From Lama glama (Eukaryota), in NCBI GenBank assembly GCA_028534125.1, contig CM052818.1, positions 32,056,001 through 32,120,000 on the forward strand: 64,000 nt of DNA, read 5' to 3'. This document shows, piece after piece, positions 38,941-51,588 of the stretch; position 1 is the stretch's first letter; each line of letters starts with the position of its first letter. The position numbers were made by a program, and so were the translations under genes. Below the pieces are notes generated by a model, which saw only the letters and a list, made by a program, of their open reading frames with translations, ran no database searches and was not told the origin of the DNA.

Positions 38941-40011
38941 TGTATGTATGTACTCCAGTTTCCTGCCTCCATTTTCCGTCATTGCTGAGATATAGCCATG
39001 GTCAGGAGAGTTCTCTAAAAATAAAGTTTAAGGTGCCCCTCTAGGGAAAATGGAGTCAATAAAGAGGAATGAATTTCACAGACCTCCATAAAGCTCTGAT
39101 TTGAACATTAGTTCTCTCCACTGACTTCATTGATATGCATATTGATTTTTTTTCTTCAAGTTTATTTCAAGATTCTGTACTGGATTTAATTCCCAAGTTA
39201 AGTTTTAATAGGAACTATATACTTTTAATTAAACATTTAATTTGAGATAATTATAGATTCACATGCAGTTGTAAGAAATAATACAGAAAATTCTATACTC
39301 TCTACTCAGTTTCCACCAATGATAACATCTTACAAAACTGAAGTATAATATCACAACCAGGATACTGAGATTGATAGACTTAAGATACAGAACAATTTCG
39401 ACACCATGAGGATGCTTCATTTCGCCCTTGTACAGCTACATCACTTCCTTTCCATCCCCATCTCTTCTTTTGCCCTGGTAACCACTAATCTGTTATCTGC
39501 TTCTATAATTTTGCAATTTCAAGAATGCTGTATAAATGGAATCATACAGTACATAACCTTTTGGGGTTGGCTTTTTTCACTCACTGTAAATTCTCTGGAG
39601 ATTCACCCAAATTGTTGTATATATTAATAGTTCATTCCTTGCTGAATAGTTTTCCATGGTATAGATGTACCATGATTTGTTTAACCAGTTACCTGTTGAA
39701 CAACATTGGGGTTCCTATTTTGGGACTATTATGAATAAAACTACTCTAAACATTCAAGTATAGGTTTTTCTGTGAACATGTCTTCATTTCTCTGGTATGA
39801 ATTCCTATGATTTCAGTTGCTAGGTCCTATGATAATTACATGTTTGGTTTTACATGAAATTGCCAAACTGCTTTCCGGAGTGCCTGTGCTGTTTTATATC
39901 CTAACTTGCAATGTAGGAGTGCTATAGTTTCCATCCTTTCTAGTAATTGGTATTGTCACTTTTTGAAATTTTAAATGTTCTGATAGATATGTAGTGATAT
40001 CTGATTGTGGG

Positions 40012-40582
40012 TTTTTTTTTCATTGTCACATTTTTTTCGCTATGAGCTACCATAAGATCTTGTATATATTTCCCTGTGCTATACAGTATAATCTTGTTTA
40101 TCTAGTCTGCATATGCTTCTCAGTATCTACAAATTTTGAAATCCTAGTCTGTCCCTTCCCAGCCCCCACCCCCTTGGCAACCACAAGTTTGTATTCTATA
40201 TCTATGAGTCTGTTTCTGTTTTGTATTTATATTCTTTTTTTTTTTTAGATTCCACATATGAACGATCTCATATGGTATTTTTCTTTCTCTTTCTGGCTTA
40301 CTTCACTTAGAATGACATTCTCCAGGGACATCCATGTTGCTGCAAATGGCATTATGTTGTCATTTTTATGGCTGAATAGTATTCCATTGTATAAATATAC
40401 CACATCTTCTTTATCCAGTGTTCTGTTTATCGACATTTAGGCTGTTTCCATGTCTTGGCTATTGTAAATAGTGCTGCTGTGAACATTGAGGTGCAAGTGT
40501 CTTTTTGAAGTAGGATTCCTTCTGGATATATGCCCAGGAGCGGGATTACAAGGTCATACACAAAAATAAACTCCAAATGGAT
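40012..40582 (-). mobile_element. Young camelid-type L1 with short 5' inversion (twin priming)
   Basis: T9 then cattgtcacatttttt; antisense to 40558, then sense-strand ORF2 piece catacacaaaaataaactccaaatggat; degenerate TSD gattgtgggttt / cattgtggcttt. Confidence 0.9.
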
Positions 40583-41274
40583 CATTGTGGCTTTAATTTG
40601 CATTTCCCTAATAGTGATGTTTAACATGTTTTATGTGCTTATTTGCTATCTATATATTCTCTGGTGAAATGTCTATTCGTGTCTTCTGCCTATTTTTTAA
40701 TTGGACTGTTTGTTTTTCACTGTTGAGTTTTTAGTTTTTTATATATTCTAGGTACCAGTCTTTTATCAGATATATAGTTTGCAAATATTTACTTCTAATA
40801 TATAGTTTGTCTTTTCATTCTCTTAATAGGATCTTTTGCAGAGCAAGAAATTTTAACTCTGATGAAATCCAAATTATCAATTTTTCTTTAATGAATATTA
40901 TTTTTGGTGTTAAGTCTAAGGATCTTTGCCTTGCTCTACACCTCCAAATTTTTCTCCTATATTTTTTCTGAAACTGTTAGTTTTACATCTTCCATTTAAG
41001 TCCATAATCCATTTTGAGTTAATAGGTGTCCAATTGCTCCAAGACCATTTGCAAAGGTTATCCGTTTTCCATTAAAGTGTTTTAGCATCTTTGTCAAGAT
41101 TATGGGCATACTTTGTGTTGAGTCTCTTTCTGTGGTCTTGCTCTGCTCCATTGATCTGTGTGTTTGTCCCTCCCACCAACACTACAGTCTTGATTACTAT
41201 AGCCTATATAGTGTCTTGGAATCAAGTATAATGATTCTTCCCACTTTATCTTTTCATTTCAAAAGTTAAAAAAA

Positions 41275-43145
41275 AAACTCAATACAACAGATTTAAAATC
41301 ACATCAAAAAGAATAAAGTACCTAGGAATAAATTTAATCAAGGAGGTGAAAGACCTATCTCTGAGAATTATAAAACATTGATGAAGGGAACAGAAGATTA
41401 TGCAAAGAAATGGAAAGATATCCCATGCTTCTGGATTAGAAGAACTAATATCGTCTGAAGGGCCATACTACCCAAAGCAATCTGCAGGTTTAACATAATC
41501 CCTATCAAAATACCCATGACACTTTTCACAGAAATAGAGCAAATCATCCTAAAATTCATATGGAACCACAAAAGACCCTAAATTGCCAAAGCTATTTTAA
41601 GGAAAAAGAACAAAGCTGGAGGTATAACCCTCTCAGACTGTACTACAAAGCTACAGTAATCAAAACAGTGTGGCACTGGCACAAAAACAACATATAGATC
41701 AATGGAACAGGATAGCAAGCCCAGAAATAAACTCATGCACCTATGGTCAAATAATCTATGGCAGAGGAGACAGATTATACAATAGAGAAAAGACAGTCTC
41801 TTCAACAAGTGGTGCTGGGAAAATTGGACAGCTACATGTAAAACAGTGAAATTGGAACATTCCCTCACACCATATACCAAAAAAACCTGAAAATGAATTA
41901 AAGACCTAAATGTAAAACTAGAAACCATAAAGCACCTGGAAGAGAACATAGACAGAATACTCTCTGACATTAATCATACCAATATTTTAGGAAATGGGGT
42001 CAGTCTCCTAAGGCAAAAGAAAAAAAATAAACAAATGGAACTTAATTAAACTTAAACACCTTTGCACAACAAAGGAAACTATGAACAATACAAAAAGACA
42101 GCCCATGGAGCGGGAGAACATGTTTATAAATGATGTGACTGACAAGGGGTTAATATCCAAGATATATAAACAGTTCATACAACTCAATATAAAGGAAAAC
42201 AAAAACAAACAACTAAATCAAAAAAAATGGACGGAAGATTTGAATAGACCTTTTTCCAAAGAAGACATACAGATGGATAACAGGCACATAAAAAGATTCT
42301 CAAAATCACTAATTATCAGAGAAATGCAAATCAAAACCACAATGAGATATCACCTCACACCTGTCAGAATGGCTATCATCAAAATGTCTACAAATAACAA
42401 ATAAAAGGATGTAGAGAAAAGGGAACCCTCGTAACTGGTGGTGGGAATGTAAATTGGTGCAGCCACTGTAGAAAACAGTATGGAGGTTCCTCAAAAACTG
42501 AAATTGGAACCACCATATGATCCAGCACTTCCACACCTGGATATATATCTGGAAAAATGAAAACACTAATTCTAAAAGACTCATGCACCCCAATGTTCAT
42601 AGCAGGACTATTTACAATAGCCAAGACATGGAAGCAACCCAGATGCCTATCAATAGGCAACTGGATTAAGAAGATGCAGTACATACACACACACACAAAT
42701 ACACACATGGTGGAATATTACTCAGCTGTGAAAAGAATGAAATCAACCATTTGCAGCAACATGGATGGACCTGGAAAATATTATGCTTAGTGAAATAAGT
42801 CAGAGAGAAAGATAAATATGACATCACTCATATGTGGAATCTGAAAAATAATACAAATGAATGTATATGCAAAATAGAAACAGACTCACAGATACAGAAA
42901 ACAAACTAATGGTTACCGAAAGGGAGATGTTAGAGGGGAGGGACAAAGTAGGGGTATGAGACTAACAGTTACAAACTACTATGTATAAAGTAGATGAGCA
43001 ACAAGATGTACTGCATAGCATAGAGAATTATAGCCATTATCTTGTAATAACTTATAATGGCGTATAATCTCAAAAATATTGAACCACAATGTTATACACC
43101 AGAAACTAATATAGTATTGTAAATCAACTATGCTTCAATAAAAAT
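41275..43145 (+). mobile_element. Cetartiodactyl-type L1, 5'-truncated (~1.9 kb)
   Basis: Sense ORF2 relics (ORFs 42081-42404 and 42557-42790); 3'UTR ending ttgtaaatcaactatgcttcaataaaa. Confidence 0.92.
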
Positions 43146-44711
43146 GCCATTAACATAAAAGAATACAAATAAAAATAAGGACAGTTTTATTTCTTCTTTT
43201 CTGATACATATGCCTTTTTTTTTCAGCCTTATTGTTCTTGCTGTAAATTTCATTACTTTATTGGGTAGCAGTTGTTAGAGTGGACATTTTGCCTGTTATC
43301 AACCTGTAAAGCATTCAGTCTTTTACCATTAAGGATGATGTTAGCTATAGGTTTTTTGTAGACTTCTTTTATCAATTGAAGAAGTTCCCCTCTGTTACTA
43401 GTTTTCTGAGAGTTTTTATCATGAGTGGTTGTTGAATTTGTCTATTGTTTTTCTGCATCATTTGATATGATTATGTGGTTTTTTTTTCTTTAGCCTGTTA
43501 ATGTGGTGGGTTATGTTGATTGATTTTTGAGTATTTAATCAGCTTTGCATCCTTGGAATAATTTCCACTTGGTCATAGTGCATAGTTATTTTTATATATT
43601 GCTGAGTTTTATTTGCCAATATTTTGTTAATGATGTTTGCAAATCTATGCAGGAGGGATATTGGCCTGTAGTTTTCTTCTTTTGCACTATCTTTGTCTAG
43701 TTTCGGTATCAGGGTTGTTCTGGCTGTCTGAAATGAATTGGGAAGTGTACCTCTTTTTCTGTTTTCTGGAAAAGATTATGTAGAATTTGTGTTAATTCTT
43801 CTTTAAATGTTTGGTAGAATTCTCCAGTGAAACCATCTGGGCCTGGAGATTTCTTTTGGGGGAGTTTTTAAATGGTGAATTCAATTTCCTTCATAGTTAT
43901 AGGGCTGTTCAAATTAATTATCTATTTCATATTGCATAAGTTGTGATAGTTCGTGGTTTTGAATATTGGTCCATTTTGTCTACATTCTTGAACCCATATG
44001 TGTAGAATTGTTTGTAGTGTTATCTTATTATCCTTTTTATGGCTGTGGGATCTGTAGGATCTCTTGATTTAGTTGTCATATTGGTAGTTTACATCTTCCT
44101 TTTTTTTCTGTTTTTCTTGCTGGAAGTTTGTCAATTTTATTGATCTTTTCAAAGAACCAACTCTTTGTTTGATTAATTATTTTATTGTTTATTCTGTTTT
44201 CAATTTTATTGATTTCTGCCGTACATTTATTATGCCCTCCCTTCTGCTTGTTTTGGGTTTATTTGGGTTTATTTTTTCCTCCTTTTTCTGGTTTCTTGAG
44301 TTGGAAGCATAGGTTATTGATTTTAGAATTTTATTCTTTTCTAATGTAAAAATTTGGTGCTATGAAATTCCCTTTTAGGGATATTGGATTTATCTGTGTC
44401 CCACAAATTTTTATATGTTGTTTTTTATTTTAATCCAGTTCAGTGCATTTTTAAATTTCCTTTGAGAATACCTCTTTGACCCACAAGTAGTATTTGACAT
44501 GGTAAAGCTATCCCACATCTCCGGACCACATACCCAAACTAGAACCTATTCATGCTCTAAAGATAAAGATACCTCTTCATGATCATTGTTATGACTATGA
44601 TTTAACAGATTCTACCAGAGGAAGAAGTGAGAAATGAAGCCCTTTAAACTAATGAGGTAGTACATCATGGGCTCAGTTCACCCCCAGCCTGAAGTGCAGT
44701 ATGCACCCTGT

Positions 44712-45229
44712 TGTCTTAGCAACAAAATACTACAGACCGAGGGCCCTAAAGAACAGAAATTCATTTTCTCATAGTTCTGCAGGCTAGAAGTACAAGATCA
44801 GCGTGCCAGCATGGTTGATTTCTGGTGAGAGCCCTCTTCCCAACTCACCAATGGCCGCCTTTTCACTGTGTTCTCACACAAGAGAGAGTGAAAGAAATCC
44901 TTCTTTTTAAAATGGCCACCAATCCTACTGGATTAGGACCCCACCCTTCATTACCCTTTTAACCTTATTTATTTAAAATTTATTTAACCTTATTTGTCTT
45001 AACTCTATTTAAGTTTAATTGAACCTTAATTATTTAACAATAATTATCTTCTCAATCACCTAAATTTAACTTTAATTGCTGTCAAAATTTAGCCTTCTTT
45101 ACCTCCTAAATTACCTGAATTTAACCTTAGTTACTGCCTTAGAGCTGTATCTTCAAATACTGTCACAGTGGAGGTTAGGGCTTCAACATAAGAATTTGGG
45201 GTGGAGAGTACTCATTTCAGTCCATAGCA
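44712..45229 (-). mobile_element. MaLR solo LTR, MLT1A-like, with internal AT-rich expansion
   Basis: aacagaaattcattttctcatagttctgcaggctagaag...gttagggcttcaacata..aatttgggg...ttcagtccatagca. Confidence 0.85.
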
Positions 45230-45399
45230 CCTCATTCCCACCAGCCCCACACCCTGAGAGAAGAACCTGGCTCTCTTGGCTGTCACAGGTTTAGTTCAGC
45301 ATTATTTGCTTTTATTGACTTCATGTCATACAAAGCTCTGCACCAGACAGGATGGAGGTGGAGAGACATTCAGAAACTCTCTATAGGAGGCAGAACTGA

Positions 45400-45575
45400 A
45401 AGGCAGATCTAAACTCACCTCCTGACTCCAGCACTGACTAGTTGTGTGAGACCTGTGCAGTTCACTTATTTCCACTCTTATCTACTAGTTAGAGACAATC
45501 CCTATTCTGTCTCAAAGGGTTAAGATGATCAAATGAGCTATTCATGTGAAACACAATGAAATGCTTTGCAAAGTT
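45400..45575 (+). mobile_element. MIR fragment
   Basis: cactgactagttgtgtga...gatcaaatgagcta..catgtgaaa. Confidence 0.6.
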
Positions 45576-45749
45576 GCCACATGGGAGAAAATGATGATTT
45601 GATTCATGTTGCTGGAGCAGAGAGTACACAAATCAATGGAGAGGAAATTGAGACAGGGTACATGGCACAGGACTAGATGGTGTAAGGCACTGGAGGCTAT
45701 GTTGCAGGATCTAAATTTTATTCTTAAGCAGATTAACCCTAGAGTTCAG

Positions 45750-45968
45750 TGCTTGTTTTACAGCTTTCAGAAAACCTTGACATCCATTTTATTTGATGCA
45801 CAAACAATCCCTTGAATTGCACAGGGTGGGTATTATTTTCCCAGTTTTAGACATTAAAGAAAAAGAAGCTCAGAGAGGTTAAATAACTTGCCAAGGTGTC
45901 ACACAGCTAATAACTGGCAGAGCTTGGATTTCTAACTCTTATTCTATTCCTTTGTCTACTGTCCTGCC
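45750..45968 (-). mobile_element. MIR SINE
   Basis: gctcagagaggttaaataacttgccaaggtgtcacacagctaataactggcagagc. Confidence 0.85.
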
Positions 45969-47549
45969 AGCTGCTGTAGAAATGCACAACCAGTCCCTGG
46001 ATGGGATCTAGAATTAAAGCCCATTTTCATTCTCATGGATTCACATATATTAGCAGAGCCAGAAGTAGCAGCTCATCCCTGATTGATCTGGATTCTCTTG
46101 AATTTATGAACAGCTTAGAGCTCCTACCTGGAATGATGATAAAGCCTAGGTTTCCTTTGATTTGGTAAAGTTTTAGACTTAGTCTGAATCACCCTCATCA
46201 TGAGATATGACCCAGGAGCCAAAACCATCACTTGTTAGATGATGTCTATTAATGAAAATTTTTCTTAAATGAATACTAATGAACAACACTTATGATGCAG
46301 AGAATGCATCAATGCTTTCTAAATCTTAAAGCTCTCTATATAAAACTATAAGAGCTTGATACTCACTTTTATGTAGTTTGTGTATATTTAGTGCAGTTTC
46401 ACTTTGGTCCTTTTATCTATAGATTTGTCAAATTGGCTTTCTTATTTGAATATCTTGAAAATGTACATTTCTATATCCTCATTTTTCACAAAGAACCTAA
46501 AGTACTATGTGCTACACAAATCACACTTAAATACATCTATCTATAGAGAGATTAATAACAGGTCCTTGATTAATGGTGGCCAGTGTTATGCTGGGGCTTC
46601 TAAACTTACCCCACAGAAAAAAATAGATACCAGTAGGTAACTAGGCTATGAGTCATGCAGGGTGAATGCCAAAGTTCCTCAAAGACATAGGTAACTAAAT
46701 TTCAAAAGATTACCTATGTTAACTATAGTATATATTTCCTCCTATATATGTTTGCTAGGATAGCAGGGCATTAATCTAGGAGGATCACTATAACATTTTG
46801 TGATACCCCTAAGAACAATATTTTTTAATTATATTAAAATTGTAAATACCTAGTATGCTTAGGTACCCAATAATTGCCAGCCTTGATTCCATCTCTCTTT
46901 TCCTTCTCTGCTTTCAATAAAATCTTAACACTTTCTTTTCATTTATGATATTTTGGATGTCAGAGTCCCTGAGCTGCCATATAACTCCTCAGTTCTTGAA
47001 ATTAGAGTTAGGCTTAATATCACTTTCCAAAAATTGAAATAAAATTTCTTATCTGTGATGGCTACATTAATACTAGAAAACCCCTAAGGTCACCTTTTAA
47101 CTAGTTTTGCTTTCCTCTTTCTTTGAGAGAAGGAGAGACTTTCATTTTCTCCCCACTGGCTTTGGAAGAAGCCAGAAGATGAGGAATATCTGCAATCCAC
47201 TGGGGGTACCTTCCCGTGCATTTACAACTACTGCTCTCCAACCAGCCTTCCACCTCACCCTCTCCTGTGCCTTTGCCAGCACTTTAAGATACATGTAGCC
47301 ATTAACATTCAAGTAAGTCTCTGTCTAGGCTCTGGATTGTAGTTGTGGTGCCTGAGGAAGACAACGGGCATGATGAACTACCTAAAAAAATAATGTTTTA
47401 CTGTTTATTATTAAAGCAGTTTTATAGGCAGTGGTGGGCGTAGAATGGGAACTGCATCTGTTGGGTACACTACTACCTTTAGGTATGCCCGTCATTTTAT
47501 ATAAGGTCTTGGAATGTGAGGCGACCTGTTCAGGGTCAGCTTGTTTTCA

Positions 47550-47777
47550 GTTAGCTTAATGGTTAAACCCTTGAGTGTGGAGTCAGGCTGATCTGCATTT
47601 AGTTCCTGACCCATGTCACCTGTCGCAGTGTGACTTACTGCTCTAAGACTCCATCTATAAAACAGAAATAATAGTACTTACCTCAGAGGGTTGCTGTCAG
47701 GATTAACCAGGATCATGTATGTAAAGGACTTAGCATGGTGCCTGGTGACTCAGTAATGTTAGATGATGTTGTTGTTG
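47550..47777 (+). mobile_element. MIR SINE
   Basis: tggagtcaggctg...catctataaaacagaaataatagtacttacctcagagggttg...cttagcatggtgcctgg. Confidence 0.85.
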
Positions 47778-50619
47778 AAAGATAGATAGTGGTTACTAAG
47801 TGGACAGCAATGCCTTGGATTGTGGCTTCTTGAAATCTGTTCTTGATGTAACAAAGAATTATGAGAGCAATTTAAGATTATTCAATTTAATATTCTCCAA
47901 CAAACCTTAGCTTTAAAAATCCTAAAAGAAAACTCTGACTGCTATGTGGGTAAATTCAATATTCTGTTTCAAGAAAGGTTCAAACAAATAATGCCTGTTG
48001 TCAGCCATTGTATATCTGTTCTCTTTCATGGATGTCTGTTTGGGAGGACACCTGTGGTTAGAAACCAACTTTCTACTTGCTCCATTCTTTCCTGAGACTC
48101 TTGAACTTTCTAGCACTTGGATACAGAATTATTTTGTAAAATATAATAAGGTTTAAAATATCTGTGACAAACTATTTTAATCATTGTTAATAGGCAGTAG
48201 TCCTGTAGATTAGCTTTGAGTGTGGAGCTTCTTAAGCATCCAAAAGCAGTTGTGAGGGGGAAGGTCTCCCAGGGCACCCAGGTCTAGATCTGACTCCATT
48301 GCTATGATGCATACATAACTAGACAGTGTACTGTGTGCCCTTGTTAAATAACAACTTTATATAAAGCATGTAACTTTGCCTTCTAAACACTTTCATGGAA
48401 GGCTTAGGGTCCGTTTTTATTTTGGTTCCTTGCATTTTCTCCGCATTGGAAAGAATGACTCATCCTTGGGTGTGGGATCATTCTCTGTTTGGGGGTGTGC
48501 CCCAGCTTCTGTGGGGGGACGAATCACAGAGTCTTGAAAGTACTTAGTCTGTATTATGTAGCTCTTTTTATTATGGTTTTTTGTTTCCACAGTTTTTTTA
48601 GTATTTGGATAGCTTCTTCTTTAAAGCTTCATTAATTTAAAAGTTACTTGCATTGAATTGCTTGGGATTACACAGGAACTATTTTAGCAGACAGGTTTTG
48701 CAGTCTGGTCTCTGTCAAGGGTTTGGTTTTAGTTATTAAGGTAGCCAGACATATTTTTCTGACTCAAGCATTTTTAAATAGAATTTTGCTAAATTTTAAA
48801 ACAGAACTGTACACTAGCTTCTTTATAACAACATCGTAAGTATTTGCTATGCAATAACAAATGAATACAGTATAATACTTGTGAAGTGGTACAACTGAAT
48901 TCTGTCCAGGAAAATTCTGCCATATGGTTCCTCCAGCTTATAAGTTTGGCTGAAATCCTAAAGCATTCTGATAACTAAGGCTGCTTATACACTCAAGTCC
49001 CACGGAGTCACAAAAAATTGCAGTAAAGTGAAAATTAGCTATATATCATGTTTTAATGGAGAAAACATGTGATTCATCCTGAGAGTGCTAAGACTATATA
49101 GAAAAGTGTAAATTTTTCTTACAGTTTTGTGGGACGATTTAATGCTCATAGATTGCATGTTGACAGAAGTAGAATGCTTATAGTGAATCATAAGAGAACT
49201 AAATGGTGCTTTTATTGTATTTTGGGGTCTCAAGGAAACATATCTCTGAAATCATAATGGAAGTCAAAGGGAAAAGAATATATCTTAATACGTACTTTTT
49301 AACTTTACACATAGCTGTTTTGGGACTGCCTGAGATGCGTAAAGTAAGATGAAGCTTCACTGAATTTACTAATTCTTCATCTGAAGAATTCTTCAACTAA
49401 GCCCTGTTGATTTCTCTACTGAATGCTGAAAGAGAATTAATGATATTTCCCAAGCCAAATCAAGGTTTGATGCTCAAAAGATTACTTCAGTCCTTTTCCC
49501 TTTTTCAGCACTTTCTTTCAACTCGGGCCCTTTGCAGTGCCATCAAAAATGGAACACGCTAAACTTTTCAGTCTTTAAGCACACACGATCTCTTCTTGCT
49601 TAAATGGTAATGAATAAATTACTTTCTGCCACCTGACAGAAAGATGAATTGTTTAGCACTTATTATGCAGCCATCTACTTTAAATCCTGATTACAGTTCA
49701 ATTCAAATTTGATTCATAGAACTTGAAGTGTTCATCATTCTACCCTCTTCCCCACTTCGAAAGGTCCTAGGCCATCATCATGTGGTAACAAATAAGACGT
49801 GACTCATGCCTTCTCTTTCCTCTCTCCCGCTGGGGTCTTAGCAGTAATCCAGCCAGAGACATGTGCAAGAAACAAGACTTAAGTTGGTTGGATCAAATGC
49901 TTCACAATTCCCTGGCTCACTGCAGTTCACACAGCGTAAATACAATAATCATCTTCATTTGCTAAATTAGGGAACGGAAGTGGGCTACCTGCCATCTAAT
50001 GCAGAAATTTGCAGCATCAACAGTGAGCGGTGTTTGGTGGGGAGAGGGAGTGGAGAGCAGGCAAGTGTACTTCCTTACAAACTGCGCTGCTTTAGAATGC
50101 ATGAAATGATGTGTTGGCCTCTCTGGGTTCTGTGTAGAGGGCGGCTGGGGCCAGAGAACAGAGGAGAATTTTCTGTTATAATTGGGCTGGAGAGAAATCT
50201 TTTATGAAGCAGAGCTGTGGTGGTCTGGAAAAGGCTGCTGTTTGCCTTCCGGAGAGCATCCTGCCCAGCCGAGCCTCCTTGCGTCAGCCGGGGCCTCAGA
50301 GCCACCATGGCGCCTGGCATTAAGCATCATTAGGGGATGATGAGCCTGATTACCTGACAGTGGTATCTCTCTCTTTTAAACTGCAGCCAGGCTCCTTGGA
50401 AGCAGGTCTAATAACTGCAGTGGGTAGATTGCAGGTGGCTTGGAGGAGCTCCGGGATGCAGGGATGTTAGATAGCTGGGGAAGGAATAAGAGCAGCTTTC
50501 TTTTCACTGCAGGTCTCTCCTACTCCTTGGACCTCCACCGTCATCTCTGCAGCATGGAGGCCTGTCTTTCTAGAAGGCAGTCATGTTTGAAGCAGCAAAG
50601 TGGAGTGAAAAAAGCATAC

Positions 50620-50991
50620 TGTCATGGTCTTCTCTGGCAGCTGTATCAAAATACCAGACAGGCTGGCTAAACGGCAGACAGTTATTTCTCACAGTTTTGG
50701 AGTCTGAAAGTCCAAGATCAGGGTGCCAGCATGGTCAGGTGCTTGGTGAGGGCCCTATTCCTGGCTTACAGGTGGTTTCCTTCTTCTGTGCTGTGTCTTC
50801 ACGTGGTAGAGAAAGAGAGCTCCGTTTTCCTCCTGTCCTTGTAAGGACGTTAATCTCATCGTGGAGACCCCACCCTCATGACCTCATCAAAACCTAATTG
50901 CCTCCCAAAGGTCTCACCTCCTAATACCATCACACTTGGGGTTAGGGCTTCAATATATGATTGAGAGGGCAGAAACATTCAGCCTATTACA
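50620..50991 (-). mobile_element. MaLR solo LTR, MLT1A0-like
   Basis: tatttctcacagttttggag...aagtccaagatcagggtgccagc...cctcccaaagg.ctcacctcctaataccatcacacttggggttagggcttcaa. Confidence 0.88.
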
Positions 50992-51019
50992 CATACCATT
51001 AACAGTTTTCCAGAGCCCC

Positions 51020-51350
51020 ACTGCTTTTCGCTTCTTTGCCTTTGTATGGGTTATTTCCTCTGATGGAAATATCTTCGTCTATCTTGCCTCTCTTGGTAAA
51101 CTCATGTTTAAGATGCAGCTTGAAGGGGCCTTGAAGTCTTCCCAAGCCTTATCCTAGCTTCCCAGGTAGACCATAAAACCCCAAGGGTATGCCTCAAGCC
51201 AGCATAGCGCCTTGTCCCCCATGGAACATAAAGTGTAGTGGCCTCTTTCCCACCAGGTGGGGGAGAGTCAGATTCTTCTCTGTATCTCCAGGGCCTGTCC
51301 CTGTCCTGGCCTACCAGCAGCAGTCAGAGGAGGCTTGTTGGATGAGTGAG
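51020..51350 (+). mobile_element. L2 fragment
   Basis: tctctgtatctccagggcct...gcttgttggatgagtgag tail. Confidence 0.55.
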
Positions 51351-51588
51351 TGTAGGAAGCATGGGACTGACAGTTAGAAAAAGTGGATTCACACACTTAT
51401 TTTACCACTTACTAATTTACTTATCTCTCATACTCTTTGGTTATCAGTGTTCTTGTCTGTTAAATTGAAGTCATTATAATTGCTACTTTTCTGGGCTATT
51501 GAGGTGATCAAATTAAACACCTAGAGGAGAAGATCTTTGCAACTGGTAAAATATTGTTTGATTCAAACCCTTTGGAAGGCTTTTTGGA

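Larger units (their letters stand above)
39225..44485 (-). mobile_element. Old L1 (L1MC-like), host to two nested younger L1s
   Basis: L1MC-type 3' end tttgagataattatagattcacatgcagttgtaagaaataatacaga; antisense ORF2 in three blocks 39225-40011, 40583-41265, 43170-44485. Confidence 0.9.

Noticed and set aside
50301..50333. Perfect Kozak GCCACCATGG
   Set aside because: The ORF is only 8 codons (MAPGIKHH*), with no splice donor before the stop
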